DNA of 64,000 nt from Zygnema circumcarinatum SAG 698-1b (Eukaryota > Plantae > Zygnematophyceae): positions 744,001 to 808,000 of the forward strand of contig CM074821.1 of assembly GCA_037447605.1 (NCBI GenBank), in the 5' to 3' direction. The notes beneath the pieces are model-generated. The model did not search any database. It saw only the letters and a list, made by a program, of their open reading frames with translations, and had not been told where the DNA came from. The position numbers were made by a program, and so were the translations under genes. Shown here one piece after another: positions 47,763 to 58,300 of this stretch (position 1 is the first letter of the stretch; every line of letters begins with the position of its first letter).

Positions 47763-48448
47763 TGAAAGTTACTTTTCTCGAACTAAATGTCTGTCCCAAA
47801 GTCAGGCAAGCGGTCAACTGTAGTCAAAGACCGGCGATGCAGTGCACGCATGCATGAAAGATGCGTTTGTTGAACAAACATGGAACGGACACTGCTTTTT
47901 CTGTATAATGTACGAATGTACGACAATTCGAATGCACGAGCGTTTGAAAAGTTGTTTTATTTAACGGCCTGAGTTTTCAAACTTCGAATTTTAAATATAA
48001 AAACTCACTCGGGCGGGCGTTTGAATTTCCATCGCTGGCGGCGGTACCAGGGTGATTGAACCTTATTAGTGTCGACTCCTGCGTTTAGATCCGTATGTAT
48101 CAAACGCCATCGAGAGTTCTATGCCATTTTCTCTCTGATTTTAACATACAGTGTATTTCATATGTATTTATCGTCTTTTCTTCGTTTTTTTGCTAGTTAG
48201 ACAAAGATTGATTATAATAATTAAAGCTTCAAGCCGTAAGGCAGCTCTAGGACACCTTATACTAGTCTCAAAATAGTTGTATTGAAAAATAGGTCCACAA
48301 GAGCAGTTTCAAGGGGGACGGTGAGGATGGGACATGTGTGCTGCTCCCTCCTCGCGATGTGCCTCACATCGATGACCTTCGCGGCTGCTTCTAGGGGCTG
48401 CGTTGTTGTGCCTAGGCGTAGTTTTCCGCTCTTAGCCTCTTTCTATTA

Positions 48449-48648
48449 GGGGGAGTCAGACCTTGACCATCGCTTACGAAATTCCCGAATTCCTTATACT
48501 AAAAGTCAAAGTTACGTGTACGAATTCCGGGTCGGGATTCGCGGCTTCGCCGTACACAGCCTTACCCGAAATGCGTACCTAGCCAATGCTTAATTCGCCC
48601 GACAGGCTTACGAAATTGATTTGGCGATGGTCAAGGTCTGACTCCCCC
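48449..48648. mobile_element. 200-bp MITE with perfect 25-bp TIRs and a TA target duplication
   Basis: GGGGGAGTCAGACCTTGACCATCGC at 48449-48473 and its exact reverse complement at 48624-48648; TA on both sides. It interrupts a copy of the ~190-bp dispersed repeat. Confidence 0.85.
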
Positions 48649-48776
48649 TATTGTGCTTAGGTCCTTTGCGACCAGTCCCTCGTGGTTCCACATCATGCTT
48701 TCGTCCATGTACATTTGATGGCCTCGCCATCGTGGGTTCAATGAAATTTTCCTCCCAAAAAAAATAAATATATATA

Positions 48777-49107
48777 GGAGAACTATGTACCGCCCCCCTT
48801 TTTTGGTTATCCCGCCACTGTTTTTTTGAAATCCGGCCCTCCCATTTCGGCTATTCTGCCCCCCTCCCATTTTGGATATTTCGGGAGGAGATCGCCCCCC
48901 TGTTTTGAATATTTCTTTCCCGCCCCCTGCCCTCCCCCTCCCCTTCCCTCCCCTTCCCTGCCTGCCCCTCCCGTCCTCTCCCCTCCCCTCCCCTGCCCAC
49001 CCCTCCCTTCCCCTCCCCTTCCCTCCCCTCCCCTCCCCTGCCCACCCAGAGCACAAGTGAGAGCAAAGGAGAGAGAGTAGAGGAGAGAAAGACTAGAAGA
49101 GAGAGAG

Positions 49108-49152
<45 letters not shown>

Positions 49153-49909
49153 GAGAGAGAGAGAGAGAGCAGAGTGAGAGCAGAGGAGAGAGACTACAGG
49201 AGAGAGCAAAGGAGAGAGAGACTAGAGGAGAGAGCACAGGAGAGAGCAAAGGAGAGAGAGAGAATGAGCAGAGGAGAGAGTAGGGGAGAGAAAGACTGAG
49301 GAGAGAGAGAGAGAAAGAGAGAGAGAGAGAAGAGAGAGCAAGCAAGCAAGCCAACCATTACATCATGCCAGAGCTTCACACCCACCAAAAGAAAAAGGAT
49401 GAAAAGGGAATAAAAAGTTCCTAAATATAGAAAAACTCGCAAACCGAGAGGAAGAAGGGAAGGGAGGGGTGGGCAGGGAGGGAGGGAGGGAAGGGGAGGG
49501 AGGGAGGGGAGGGGTGGGCAGGGGAGGGGAGGGGAGGGGTGGGCAGGGGAGGGAGGGAGGGAAGGGTAGGGAGGGGAGGGGGTGGCAGGGGAGGGAGGGG
49601 AGGGGAGGGGAGGGAGGGGAGGGGTGGGCAGGGGAGGGAGGGAGGGAAGGGGAGGGGAGGGGTGGGCAGGGAGGGAGGGAGGGGAGGGAAGGGGAGGGGA
49701 GGGGTGAGGACGGGAGGGGAGGGCAGGGAAGGGGAGGGAAGGGGAGGGGGAGGGCAGGGAGCGGGAAAGACATATTCAAAACAGGGGGGCGATCTCCTCC
49801 CGAAATATCCAAACAATGGGAGGGGGGCAGAATAGCCGAAATGGGAGGGCCGGATTTCAAAAAAACAGTGGCGGGATAACCAAAAAGGTGGGGCGGTATA
49901 TAGTTCTCC
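48777..49909. mobile_element. Non-autonomous foldback/Mutator-like element (1.13 kb)
   Basis: Inverted arms of about 160 bp (GGAGAACTATGTACCGCCCC... / ...GGGGCGGTATATAGTTCTCC), continued inward by mirrored C-rich and G-rich tracts. Flanked by TATATATA on both sides. Confidence 0.82.
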
Positions 49910-50172
49910 TATATATATATATAGAAATAAGTTTAGGAGAATGATAGACCCTCCCCCCTTCTTGGATATCCACCCCTCTTTTCGGGAAATTTCGCACTTC
50001 CATTTTGGCTATCCACTCCCCCTGTTTTGGATATCGCGCCCCATATTTTCTCCTTCTCACACATAAGGGCAACGTCCGCGAACACTTCCACAGCGAGAGA
50101 GAGATAGCAAAGCATAGCAGAGAGAGAGAGATAGCAAAGCATAGCAGAGAGAGAGAGATAGCAAAGCATAGC

Positions 50173-50203
<31 letters not shown>

Positions 50204-50660
50204 AAAGCAAAAGCTTTACTTTGCTTCTCTTTCGCGGGCATGTTGAAATTTATCCTGCTTATGCCAGCTGCACCTGACTTATCAAGGAACCTTCAATAAA
50301 GTACTATCAAAGCTCGCACTATGACATTGACATGTGTTCTGCTCTTCTAAAATGTCGACATTCTGTCGCTGAAATTTTAGGGTTCAGATTCACTCGGGAC
50401 TGGGCTAAAAAGGTATCCAAATGATATGAAAGCAAAAATACGTACGCTATTTTGTTACTTCAGTTAAAAACTTTCATTCTCGGAGCATGGAATTTGGCTT
50501 CCCTCAAACTACAAATTGTGCAGTTTGAATAGTTTTGAAGCTGGAATAATTACGATTTAGGGTTAGGGTTACGGTTAGGGTCAGGCGCTTCAGAGCATAG
50601 GAGATTTGAAAGAAGGATTCGGGGTCCAAAACAAAGATTTTGGGGTTCAGGGGGTCTGTT

Positions 50661-53011
50661 ATGGCGCAGATGATAGGGCAAGCGCAGGTGGATGCTTCAT
50701 TCACGTATTCAGGTGACACTCCTGCCGATCATGGCTCCCAAAACAGGGAAGATGTCACCATTTCATGAGCTCAAAAAAGAAAAAAGAAAAAAGAAAAAAA
50801 CTGAAAAAGTGGGCAGAAAAAGTCGCCTTTTGTGTGGGCATTTTTTCCTCTAGAACCTTCCTGTGCTTCTGCTTCCCCCATTCCCCCCCTCCCCCACCCC
50901 CTCCCCTCTCCCTCTCCTGTATTTCTCCCTCTCGGCCCACAACCTTCAACTTTCCCACTCTCCGTCTCTCTTCTCCTCCCCTCATCTCCTTGTCGCCCCT
51001 CTTCCTCTCCCTCTCCCTTCCCTCCCCCCCGCCTCTCTCTCTCCCCCCTCCCAACACCCCCCTCCTCCCTCCCTACAACCCTCTCCCCCATAACCTTTCC
51101 CCTTCCTCCCCCCTCCCTCCCCCCTCCCACCCCCATCCCTCCCCCCATTCCCTCCCCCTCCCTCCCCCCTCCCCATTCCCTCCCCCATTCCCTCCCCCTC
51201 CCTCCCCCTCCCTTCCCCATTCCCTCCCCCTCCCTCCCCTCCTCCCCCACCCCCTCCCCTCCCTCCCCCTCCTCCCTCCCCCCTCCCTCCCCTTTCCTCC
51301 CCTTCCCTCCCCCTTCCCTCCCCTCCCTCCCCCTTCCCTCCCCTTCCCTCCCCCTTCCCTCCCCCTTCCCTCCCCTCCCTCCCCCTCCCTCCCCTTCCTC
51401 TCCCCCTTCCCTCCCCTTCCCTCCCCTTCCTCCCCTTCCCTTCCTTCCCTCCCCCTCCCTCCCCCTTCCCTCCCCCTTCCTCCCCTCCCTCCCACCATTC
51501 CTCCCCCCCCTCCCTCCCCCCTCCCTCCCCCTTCCCCTCCCCTTCCCTCCCCTCCTCCCCCTTCCCTTCCTTCCCTCCCCCTCCCTCCCCCTTCCCTCCC
51601 CTTCCCTCCCCTCCCTCCCACCATTCCCTCCCCTTCCCCCTCCTCCCCCTCCTCCCTCCCCCCTCCCTCCCCCTTCCCCTCCCTCCCCTTCCCTCGCCCT
51701 TCCCTCCCCCTCCCTCCTCCCTCTTCCAATGCCTGTTGCATGAGCACATGCAGGTCTCATAGAGAAGTTGCGAAAAGCCTTTTCTTGTTCCCATACGTAC
51801 CAAGTCCCTGCGCGTCATCATCACACAGTTGCAACATCCGACGGTCCGGATGGAACGCTCCTCCTCATGCCCACGTGGACCAATCACAGCCCGACAGGTG
51901 GCGCATGCTCCCCTTTCACTTCCAAATGAACATCTTCTTTCTGCGAAAAGGATATTCTTTTTGCTTGCTCATTCCTGTCAAAAATGCGCCTTTCTATGAA
52001 TTTTCTTGACCACGCTCCCTGTCATGACATCCATTTTCCATTTGTGAGAACAATTTCTTTTTTCTTTTGCCCTCCCCCCTCTTCACCTGTTTCTCTCTCA
52101 GTCTTTTGGTCGGATAGGTTTTATGGGCGTCAAGCTTGTTACAGCATTTCCAGGAAATTCAAATCGAGGTTTTCCAGCCATCATGGGCTCCTATTTTCTC
52201 TGCTCCGCTGAAACCGGCGAACCGTTAGCTGTTATCGACGAAACTACGTTAACTGCATGGAGAACAGCGTGTGCGTCGGCTCTTGCAGCAGATTACCTTG
52301 CAAGGTACTTGTTTTGGACACTCCTTTTCTTTGATCTCTCACCCCTCCATTATATGAACATATCACAGAACTGTCTCTGTGGAATTTCAGGAAAAAACCG
52401 GAAATTTTAGTGATGGTCGGAGCCGGGACCTTATGGCTTCCTATTTAATTAAAGCACATGTATCCGTCAGAAAGACAATTCGAGAAATCTTGATCTTGAA
52501 TCGGACCCATGTGAACGCTCTATCTTTGGCATTGAGACTTAAGGAAGAGAACTGCCCCCTCTTGAAAGACGTTCAGATTCGAGCTATTTCCAACCTCGAA
52601 GACGCCGTTCGCATTGCAGATGTGGTTTCTTTTGCCACTCTCTCAGAGAAGCCAATCGTGAAAGGGGAATGGCTAAAAAAGGGGGTCCATATAGACCTTG
52701 TTGTGTCCTTCAAAAGGTCTATGTGAGAGGTGGATGACTTAGCGGTTCAGAAAAGTAAATTTTTTGTGGATACAACGGAAGGGGCATTGGAAGAAGCGGG
52801 GGATTTGGCGGATCCGTTGTCTCGGGGGGTTATTAAGACTGAAGATATTATCGGGGAATTGAGGGATTTGACGAGTGGAAGCACGGCGGGTCGATTGCAT
52901 GAAGCTGAAATTATTTTATTTTAGGGTTTTTAGGGTTTTTAGTCTGTTGGCTATGCTTTGGAGGACCTCGTGGCGGCAGAACTCGTCTATGAGCAGGTGT
53001 TTGCACAATGA
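50661..53011 (+). pseudogene. Ornithine cyclodeaminase/mu-crystallin (SARD4-like) pseudogene
   Basis: Exons 50661-50712, 51754-51897, 52118-52304, 52391-53011. Motifs LLLMP, GVKLVT, LTAWRTACASALA, VMVGAG, GEWLKKG.HIDLV and SVGYALEDL. Lesions: 2-nt frameshift at about 52431-52435, TGA at 52724-52726, and in-frame TAG stops from an 18-nt insertion at about 52922-52942. Confidence 0.88.
50880..51722. repeat. C-rich (CCCT/CCCCTT) low-complexity tract in intron 1 of the SARD4-like pseudogene
   Basis: Direct inspection. Confidence 0.93.
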
Positions 53012-54057
53012 CTAAGTCTGTGCATATTTTTTTTCTATAGATCCAACTAGGCCTTTAGTTTCAGTTTTAACTTTGTAGGTTAAGAAGTTAGCATAGTCCT
53101 TTAGTCTCCGTTTCTCTCTTTTTGTTTAAAAACTTGAATTGGTCTTTTACAGGTTAAGTGATGCAGGATTCAGTATGTAGGCTGTAAGTGATGTAAGTGG
53201 TTTGCTTAATTGTATGTAGTTTTTGAGAAATCACTCTGCTGTTGTAGAAAACAGCTTTATACGGAAAAGCGTGTTTACTTTCAGCCTCATCTTTGACTTT
53301 TATCCAAGACTTTCCGGTTTGCTGTTAAAAACTGGGTCCTATATGGGAGCAAACTTTTTTTGGGGTTTGTAGGCCATCTTGATGCCAATCCCCGGCCCTG
53401 AGATGGGTCCTAAGGCCCTAATGCCATGCAAGAATGGCGCACATTTGTACATGCCATCCATGTCCATCTCATGAGTTCAAACCCAAACGAGCTTGCATGC
53501 ATGCCCAACACCCAAACAAAAAATCTCTAATTGTAGTCTGCAGTTTGCTTTTCAACCTTTTTTTTGGGTACCGTTCCTCCTTTCCCATAGCCATTTCTTT
53601 TCTTTTGAGCCTTTTGACAACTTTTGATTAGACAACAAAGAAAGGAAAATGATACCCCGCACCCCCATTTTGGATATCCCCCCCCTGTTTTGAATTTCCC
53701 GCCCTCCCATTCTGGATATACCCCCCCACCCCCTTTCCTTTTCACTATTGATTGCAACAAAAGAAAATGGGATTTGCATTGATCTCACGATGGCGAGGCC
53801 ATCAAATGTACATGGACGAAGTCAGCATGGGGAACCACGAGGAACTGGTTACAAAAGACTTAAGCACAAAAGAAAAAAACTAAGAGCAGAAACTTACCAC
53901 TAAGTACAACAACGCAAGAAACTTACCCCTAAGCACAACAACGCAACCCTGAAGCAGCTGCAAAGCTCACCAATGTGGGGCAACTGCACTCTTTATTTTA
54001 GTTATTTTAGGGTTAGGATCGTGGGTCATAAAGACAGGGAAAAGCATTCCTTTCGTT

Positions 54058-54873
54058 TTAATTAGGGCAAGTTCTTAAGTTGTGGCCTGGTTGCTTACAA
54101 TTGGAACATTTGTTACCCTCAATGTTGTCGGATTGGCTCTTGTCCCCGTTGATTGCCAGACTACACTCGCCAGTAGGTCGACCTCGTTTTTTCGTAACCG
54201 GGTGAGGGTTCTGCAACTGCAGTGGTTCGGCAGCCAAAAGTTCATCTACCTTCGACGCAAGGACCAAAGCTGCTGAGGAATCGATTGCATAAAGCTTGCT
54301 TGTCAATTCCTTGATTGTCTTTGCTCGTGGTGATAACGATGGTTCAATTTCAAGGGGTCTTGTTTCTTCCACAATAGGGGTTCGACCAACCAAATCTCTC
54401 CTCATTGCAGCGATCTCATTGTACACCACCCTTTTTGTCGTATGCTGGTTCTTGAACTCGGATTGGAGGGTAAACATTATGGCTGAAATACTGGCTCCGT
54501 TTTGTGCCATCTCTCGAACACATTCCTTCTCGCGAGTATTCAAGCGCCTCTTCTCGGCGTACTCAGGGGAAATGACGTGGTTGTGCTCTTCAACGACTGA
54601 TTTTACAACCCACATCTCCCTCTTCTTAGAAAACGTCGCCTTGATCTTGAAAGGGCAATTTTTCAAGCGGCTGGAGGTATGCCTCTTCTTGCTACTCTCT
54701 TCTCGGCCTTTATCCTTGTAGGTCCCCCCGCGAAAGCATTGCAGGTAGACTCGGCGGCTGTCGCTATGCGAGCCGATCTTGATGTGAAATCCTTCGTGCT
54801 CGTAGTGCTCGGTCATGACTTGTATAAGCTCATCGCGGGTCTCATACTCAGTTGGTAGCACTTCTGTGGACAT
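54058..54873 (-). CDS. Mutator/FAR1-derived DNA-binding protein lacking the transposase core (271 aa)
   Basis: Intronless ORF MSTEVLP...RTCPN. It has a FAR1/WRKY-GCM1-like zinc finger (C...CPF...HNH), a helical segment ending GRTPI, AT-hook-like KKRGRP and a zinc knuckle CSNCKQPGHNLRTC. No DDE or SWIM region is present. Confidence 0.75.
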   Translation of the reverse strand: MSTEVLPTEYETRDELIQVMTEHYEHEGFHIKIGSHSDSRRVYLQCFRGGTYKDKGREESSKKRHTSSRLKNCPFKIKATFSKKREMWVVKSVVEEHNHVISPEYAEKRRLNTREKECVREMAQNGASISAIMFTLQSEFKNQHTTKRVVYNEIAAMRRDLVGRTPIVEETRPLEIEPSLSPRAKTIKELTSKLYAIDSSAALVLASKVDELLAAEPLQLQNPHPVTKKRGRPTGECSLAINGDKSQSDNIEGNKCSNCKQPGHNLRTCPN

Positions 54874-55201
54874 TGCAAAGAGAGAGGGAGAGAGGAGAGA
54901 AGAGGAGAGCGGGGGAGGGGAGGGGAGGGGAGGGGATATCTCCTGCAGGGGGGACTGGATAGCCAAAATGGAAGTGCGAAACGTCCCGAAAAGGGGAAGG
55001 GATATCCAAAAAGGCGGGGGGGGGGGGGGGGNNNNNNNNNNGGGGGGGGGAGAGGGTATATCACTATCCAAAAAAAAAAAGAAATACTGTACAACAGTTG
55101 AATATTTGTACGTTTTTTCTTGTACAGTACTTTTTTCGTACGTTCGTATGGATGGCCGTACGGCCCTCGACCGTAAAAGTTTGGGGGGCTTTCCAGCAGT
55201 G

Positions 55202-55268
55202 CGCCACGTGGAGCTCTTTGAGCACGCCACGTGGCACTTCCTGAGAGCAACGGGATGCCACGTGGCAG
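55202..55268. promoter_or_regulatory. Triple G-box (GCCACGTGG) cluster just upstream of the GT61 start
   Basis: Three GCCACGTGG within about 70 bp, 60-125 bp before ATG 55327. Confidence 0.5.
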
Positions 55269-55326
55269 CGCTTGGGCATGCCCTTCTCCCCTCCCCCTCA
55301 GGGCCCCTATCTAGACCCCGCAAGCC

Positions 55327-58300
55327 ATGGCGTGGGGTCGAGGGGCAGCAGGCGGGCGGCCACGGGAATTAGGGTTAGGGTTAGGATTAGGGTTAGGGTT
55401 GGGGAGGCAGCGGAACCTGCTGAGGAGGTGCGCATGGTGGGCGGCGCAAGGTGCGGTGATAGCCACTGTGGTGGTGATGGCAGTGGAGGTCGCGCTGCCG
55501 TGGGTGGTGGGTGTGCCCGCCATAGCTCTGAAGGAGGAGGAGCTGGGAGCAACCATGGCGGCTGGAACAACCCTGGGGGGGGTAGGGCATCCAGGGAGAA
55601 CGCTGGAAGGCTGGCGTGGGGAAGGTGAGGGAGGGAAGTGGCTGGAGGGAAGGAGGAAGAAGGCGGGTACGTTTTTTTTGTTTTTTTTTTATTGTTTTGT
55701 GAGGCAGAGTAGAAATCAGGGCTAGTGATAGAATCCACAGATGCCACCAATTGTTTTGTGAACAGTATTTTTATCGTTGCTTATTTTTAAGGTTTTTGGA
55801 AAAAAAATAGGGTAGTGTTGCCAAGGATTTTGGGACTTGGTGATGATTGCATGGTAACGGTAGTTGGTAGGATCGCTGCAAACATCCCTCATGAAAAATT
55901 TCTCGCCTAGAAATGTACTTGAATCTAACAGCAGGTCACATCACCTTGTCAACTAGTCTTTATCCGTTTGAGGGACCCCATTCTGTGCATGGAACATGCA
56001 GAAGCGGATGCAGAATTGAAAGTTAGTGGTGGGAACATACCAGTGAAGCCGGAGAAGGAGGAGGCAGAAGCTGGGAATCAAATACTTAAGGTTATTCAAG
56101 AATATCCAATCTTGGATCCAAATACGAACAGAGCGAAAGGGCTGGTCACGCACTGTCCGAGTCGAACATCTTATCTTGAATCAAACATTTCTTACAAGGG
56201 ACTGAAAACCGTTGTAGCTCACGGGAACTATGCGCATACAGACAGGAAGGCAGCCCTGCCGTCACAAGAATGTGAAGGGCTCCCATGTCCTCTCTTTGGG
56301 GAGTGCAACAAGTGAGGGTCTCCCTCTCTCTCTCTCTCTCTCGCTCCCCCCCCCTTTCCCCTCCTCGCCTTCTCTCTCCTCTCTCTCTCTCTCTCTCTTT
56401 CGCTTCCCCCCCCAACCCCATCCCCGTTTGTCGAATCCAAGAGTCTGAGGCTGGAATGATGGACCCATTCATGCCCCTTTTGACAGTTGGATTTTTTCTT
56501 CGGAGTAAATGGGCTTGTTGGAGTTTCTGTAAGTCCTAACGGTGAGGGATGAGGTTGTCCTTTGCCATGGAACGCGAAAGGGACCAGTCGGTGATATCAG
56601 CAGTTTGTCACAACCCTGAAATGGTGGACGTTTTCCAGAAGGTGGGCAGTTTGATGATGGAGTTTTTTTGATAAGTTGTTTCCTTCGAGTCTCTCGTTAT
56701 TCAGTCTCCTCTTCCTGTTCTCCCTCTTCTTCGTCGTTCTCTCTCTGTCTCCCGTTCTCAATCTCTCTCTCTCTCTCTCTCATTTCCCCTGTCATTCCTG
56801 CTATGCCATTCTTCTGGTTTGCTCAGTTTCAGTCTACTCACCCTAACCTCTCCAGCTCCGTGTGACAAATAACCGTTGCCGTTCCGTTTATTTGAAACCT
56901 CCAAATCTTACAAGTTGCAAGCAATAGAGTATCCAAACTGTGATTCTCTGCTCACTGGATACTGATGGTTGCATTAGGGTTCGGCGCCACAAAGAACGTT
57001 TCCGTCAGATGCAAAAGAAGCAACTGAGCAACAAAACCAGGTGCGAATTTTCAGTTTGGATACCTTCTAAAGTTGCTTTCTTCAATTCAGTGCTCCTGTG
57101 CCCTCTCACTCCCTCACTCACCCTCTCCCTTTCCTTCGTCCTCTCCCTCCCCTCCCGAAGCACGAAGAGGTCAACTTAGTCACCGAGAAAATAACTGCCT
57201 ACATATGAAACTTATCTGTTCCAATGCGTTGGGATAATTTTTTTTTGCGTGACGAGAGCGCCACTGACATTCTAAAAGACGCTCGCTTTCCCATTTTCTC
57301 CAACATTACAAGTTGAGCCGCTGAATTCATGTTGCTGTGCTTCAGAATGCGTACAGGGGAGACGTGCTCGTGTTCGAGAATGTATTCGTCAATTATCAGG
57401 TAGTGATCTTTTCTCAAGGTCTCCCCCCCCCCCCTTTTTTTTTTCTTGTCAGATGCTGTTCCATTTGTAAAATCTTAACTTTAAACCACTAGTTCCACAA
57501 CATCACCTCATGCATACCCGCCACGCGTCTCTCTCTCTCTCTCCACCCCTCTCTCCCTCTTTCTCTCTCTTCCCCCTCCCCTCCCCCCCCCCATTCCCCT
57601 CCGTCCACTTGCTCTGCCGCGAAAACCTGTTCTGCAGTTGGTTGTTAAACTTTGGTTTGCAACCTTCAAAGCAAGTTTCTCGTCGATGGAAATGATTGGG
57701 AGCAGGGAGAAATATTCAATAGCACCCACCACTTCCTTCTAGGGGGCTGCTATTACCTTGACAATTTTGACTATATCGCAAACCAAACCAGGTACATTTG
57801 TTCGGATTCGTACGGATTGCTTTGTTTCGGGCCCTTTAGAGAACTTTGAAAGTTTTGACATTGAGGGTTTTAGCCTAATGGAGGTTTTAGAGGTGGGATT
57901 TGGGGTGGGGAGAAGGAGTATGGGAGATAGGGAAGTTGGTTGAATGCTTTCCATGGCTGTTTAGGGTTTGTTGGGACTTAATAGGATCAACAGGGTTGAC
58001 TTTTTGGGGTATCTTAAAACGAATTTTCGCAGAGTTGTACGTGGGTGATACTGAAATCATGTTCTTTGCTTGTATTCAGTGTGACTCATTTCAAGTATCT
58101 GCTGAATCTTGTCAACTGGAATTCTGAAAACTTCTACCACATCATCGCCGAACTTCTCCCGGAGATTCTCGTCTCGGCAAAGGTACGGCTTCGTTCTATG
58201 CCGAAAATGACCTTCAAATTTTCATCTCTTGCATGTCTAAATGGACATCACCTTCATTCATTGTATTGCCACTGACTTTTGTCACCAAACCCTAAAATCA

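Larger units (their letters stand above)
43580..48037 (+). mobile_element. hAT DNA transposon containing the transposase; the left terminus is interrupted by a MITE
   Basis: Left terminus (C)TAGGGATGG at 43811-43820 versus right terminus CCATCGCTG at 48029-48037. Many TTTGAA/TTCAAA subterminal motifs at both ends. Candidate TSD GTTGCGGT (43572-43579) versus GCGGCGGT (48038-48045), 6/8 match. Confidence 0.6.
49936..55069. mobile_element. Putative Mutator-like (Pack-MULE-like) composite element
   Basis: 49936-50045 and 54935-55069 are inverted copies sharing TTTTCGGGA..TTTCGCACTTCCATTTTGGCTATCCA. A third, more diverged TIR-like copy starts at 53644. No clean TSD (ATAAGTTTA versus A-run). Confidence 0.5.

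Noticed and set aside
50093-50180. Three copies of GAGAGAGATAGCAAAGCATAGCA
   Set aside because: Simple local tandem duplication adjoining a GA tract; no further structure.
50765-52009. Extensin-like Pro-rich and Gly-rich ORFs
   Set aside because: They arise from the C-rich intron of the SARD4-like pseudogene.
53776-53867. Dispersed repeat as a tRNA-derived SINE, 5S, or U1/U2/U3/U4/U6 RNA
   Set aside because: No A/B boxes and no match to the sequences of these RNAs as I recall them; left unclassified.
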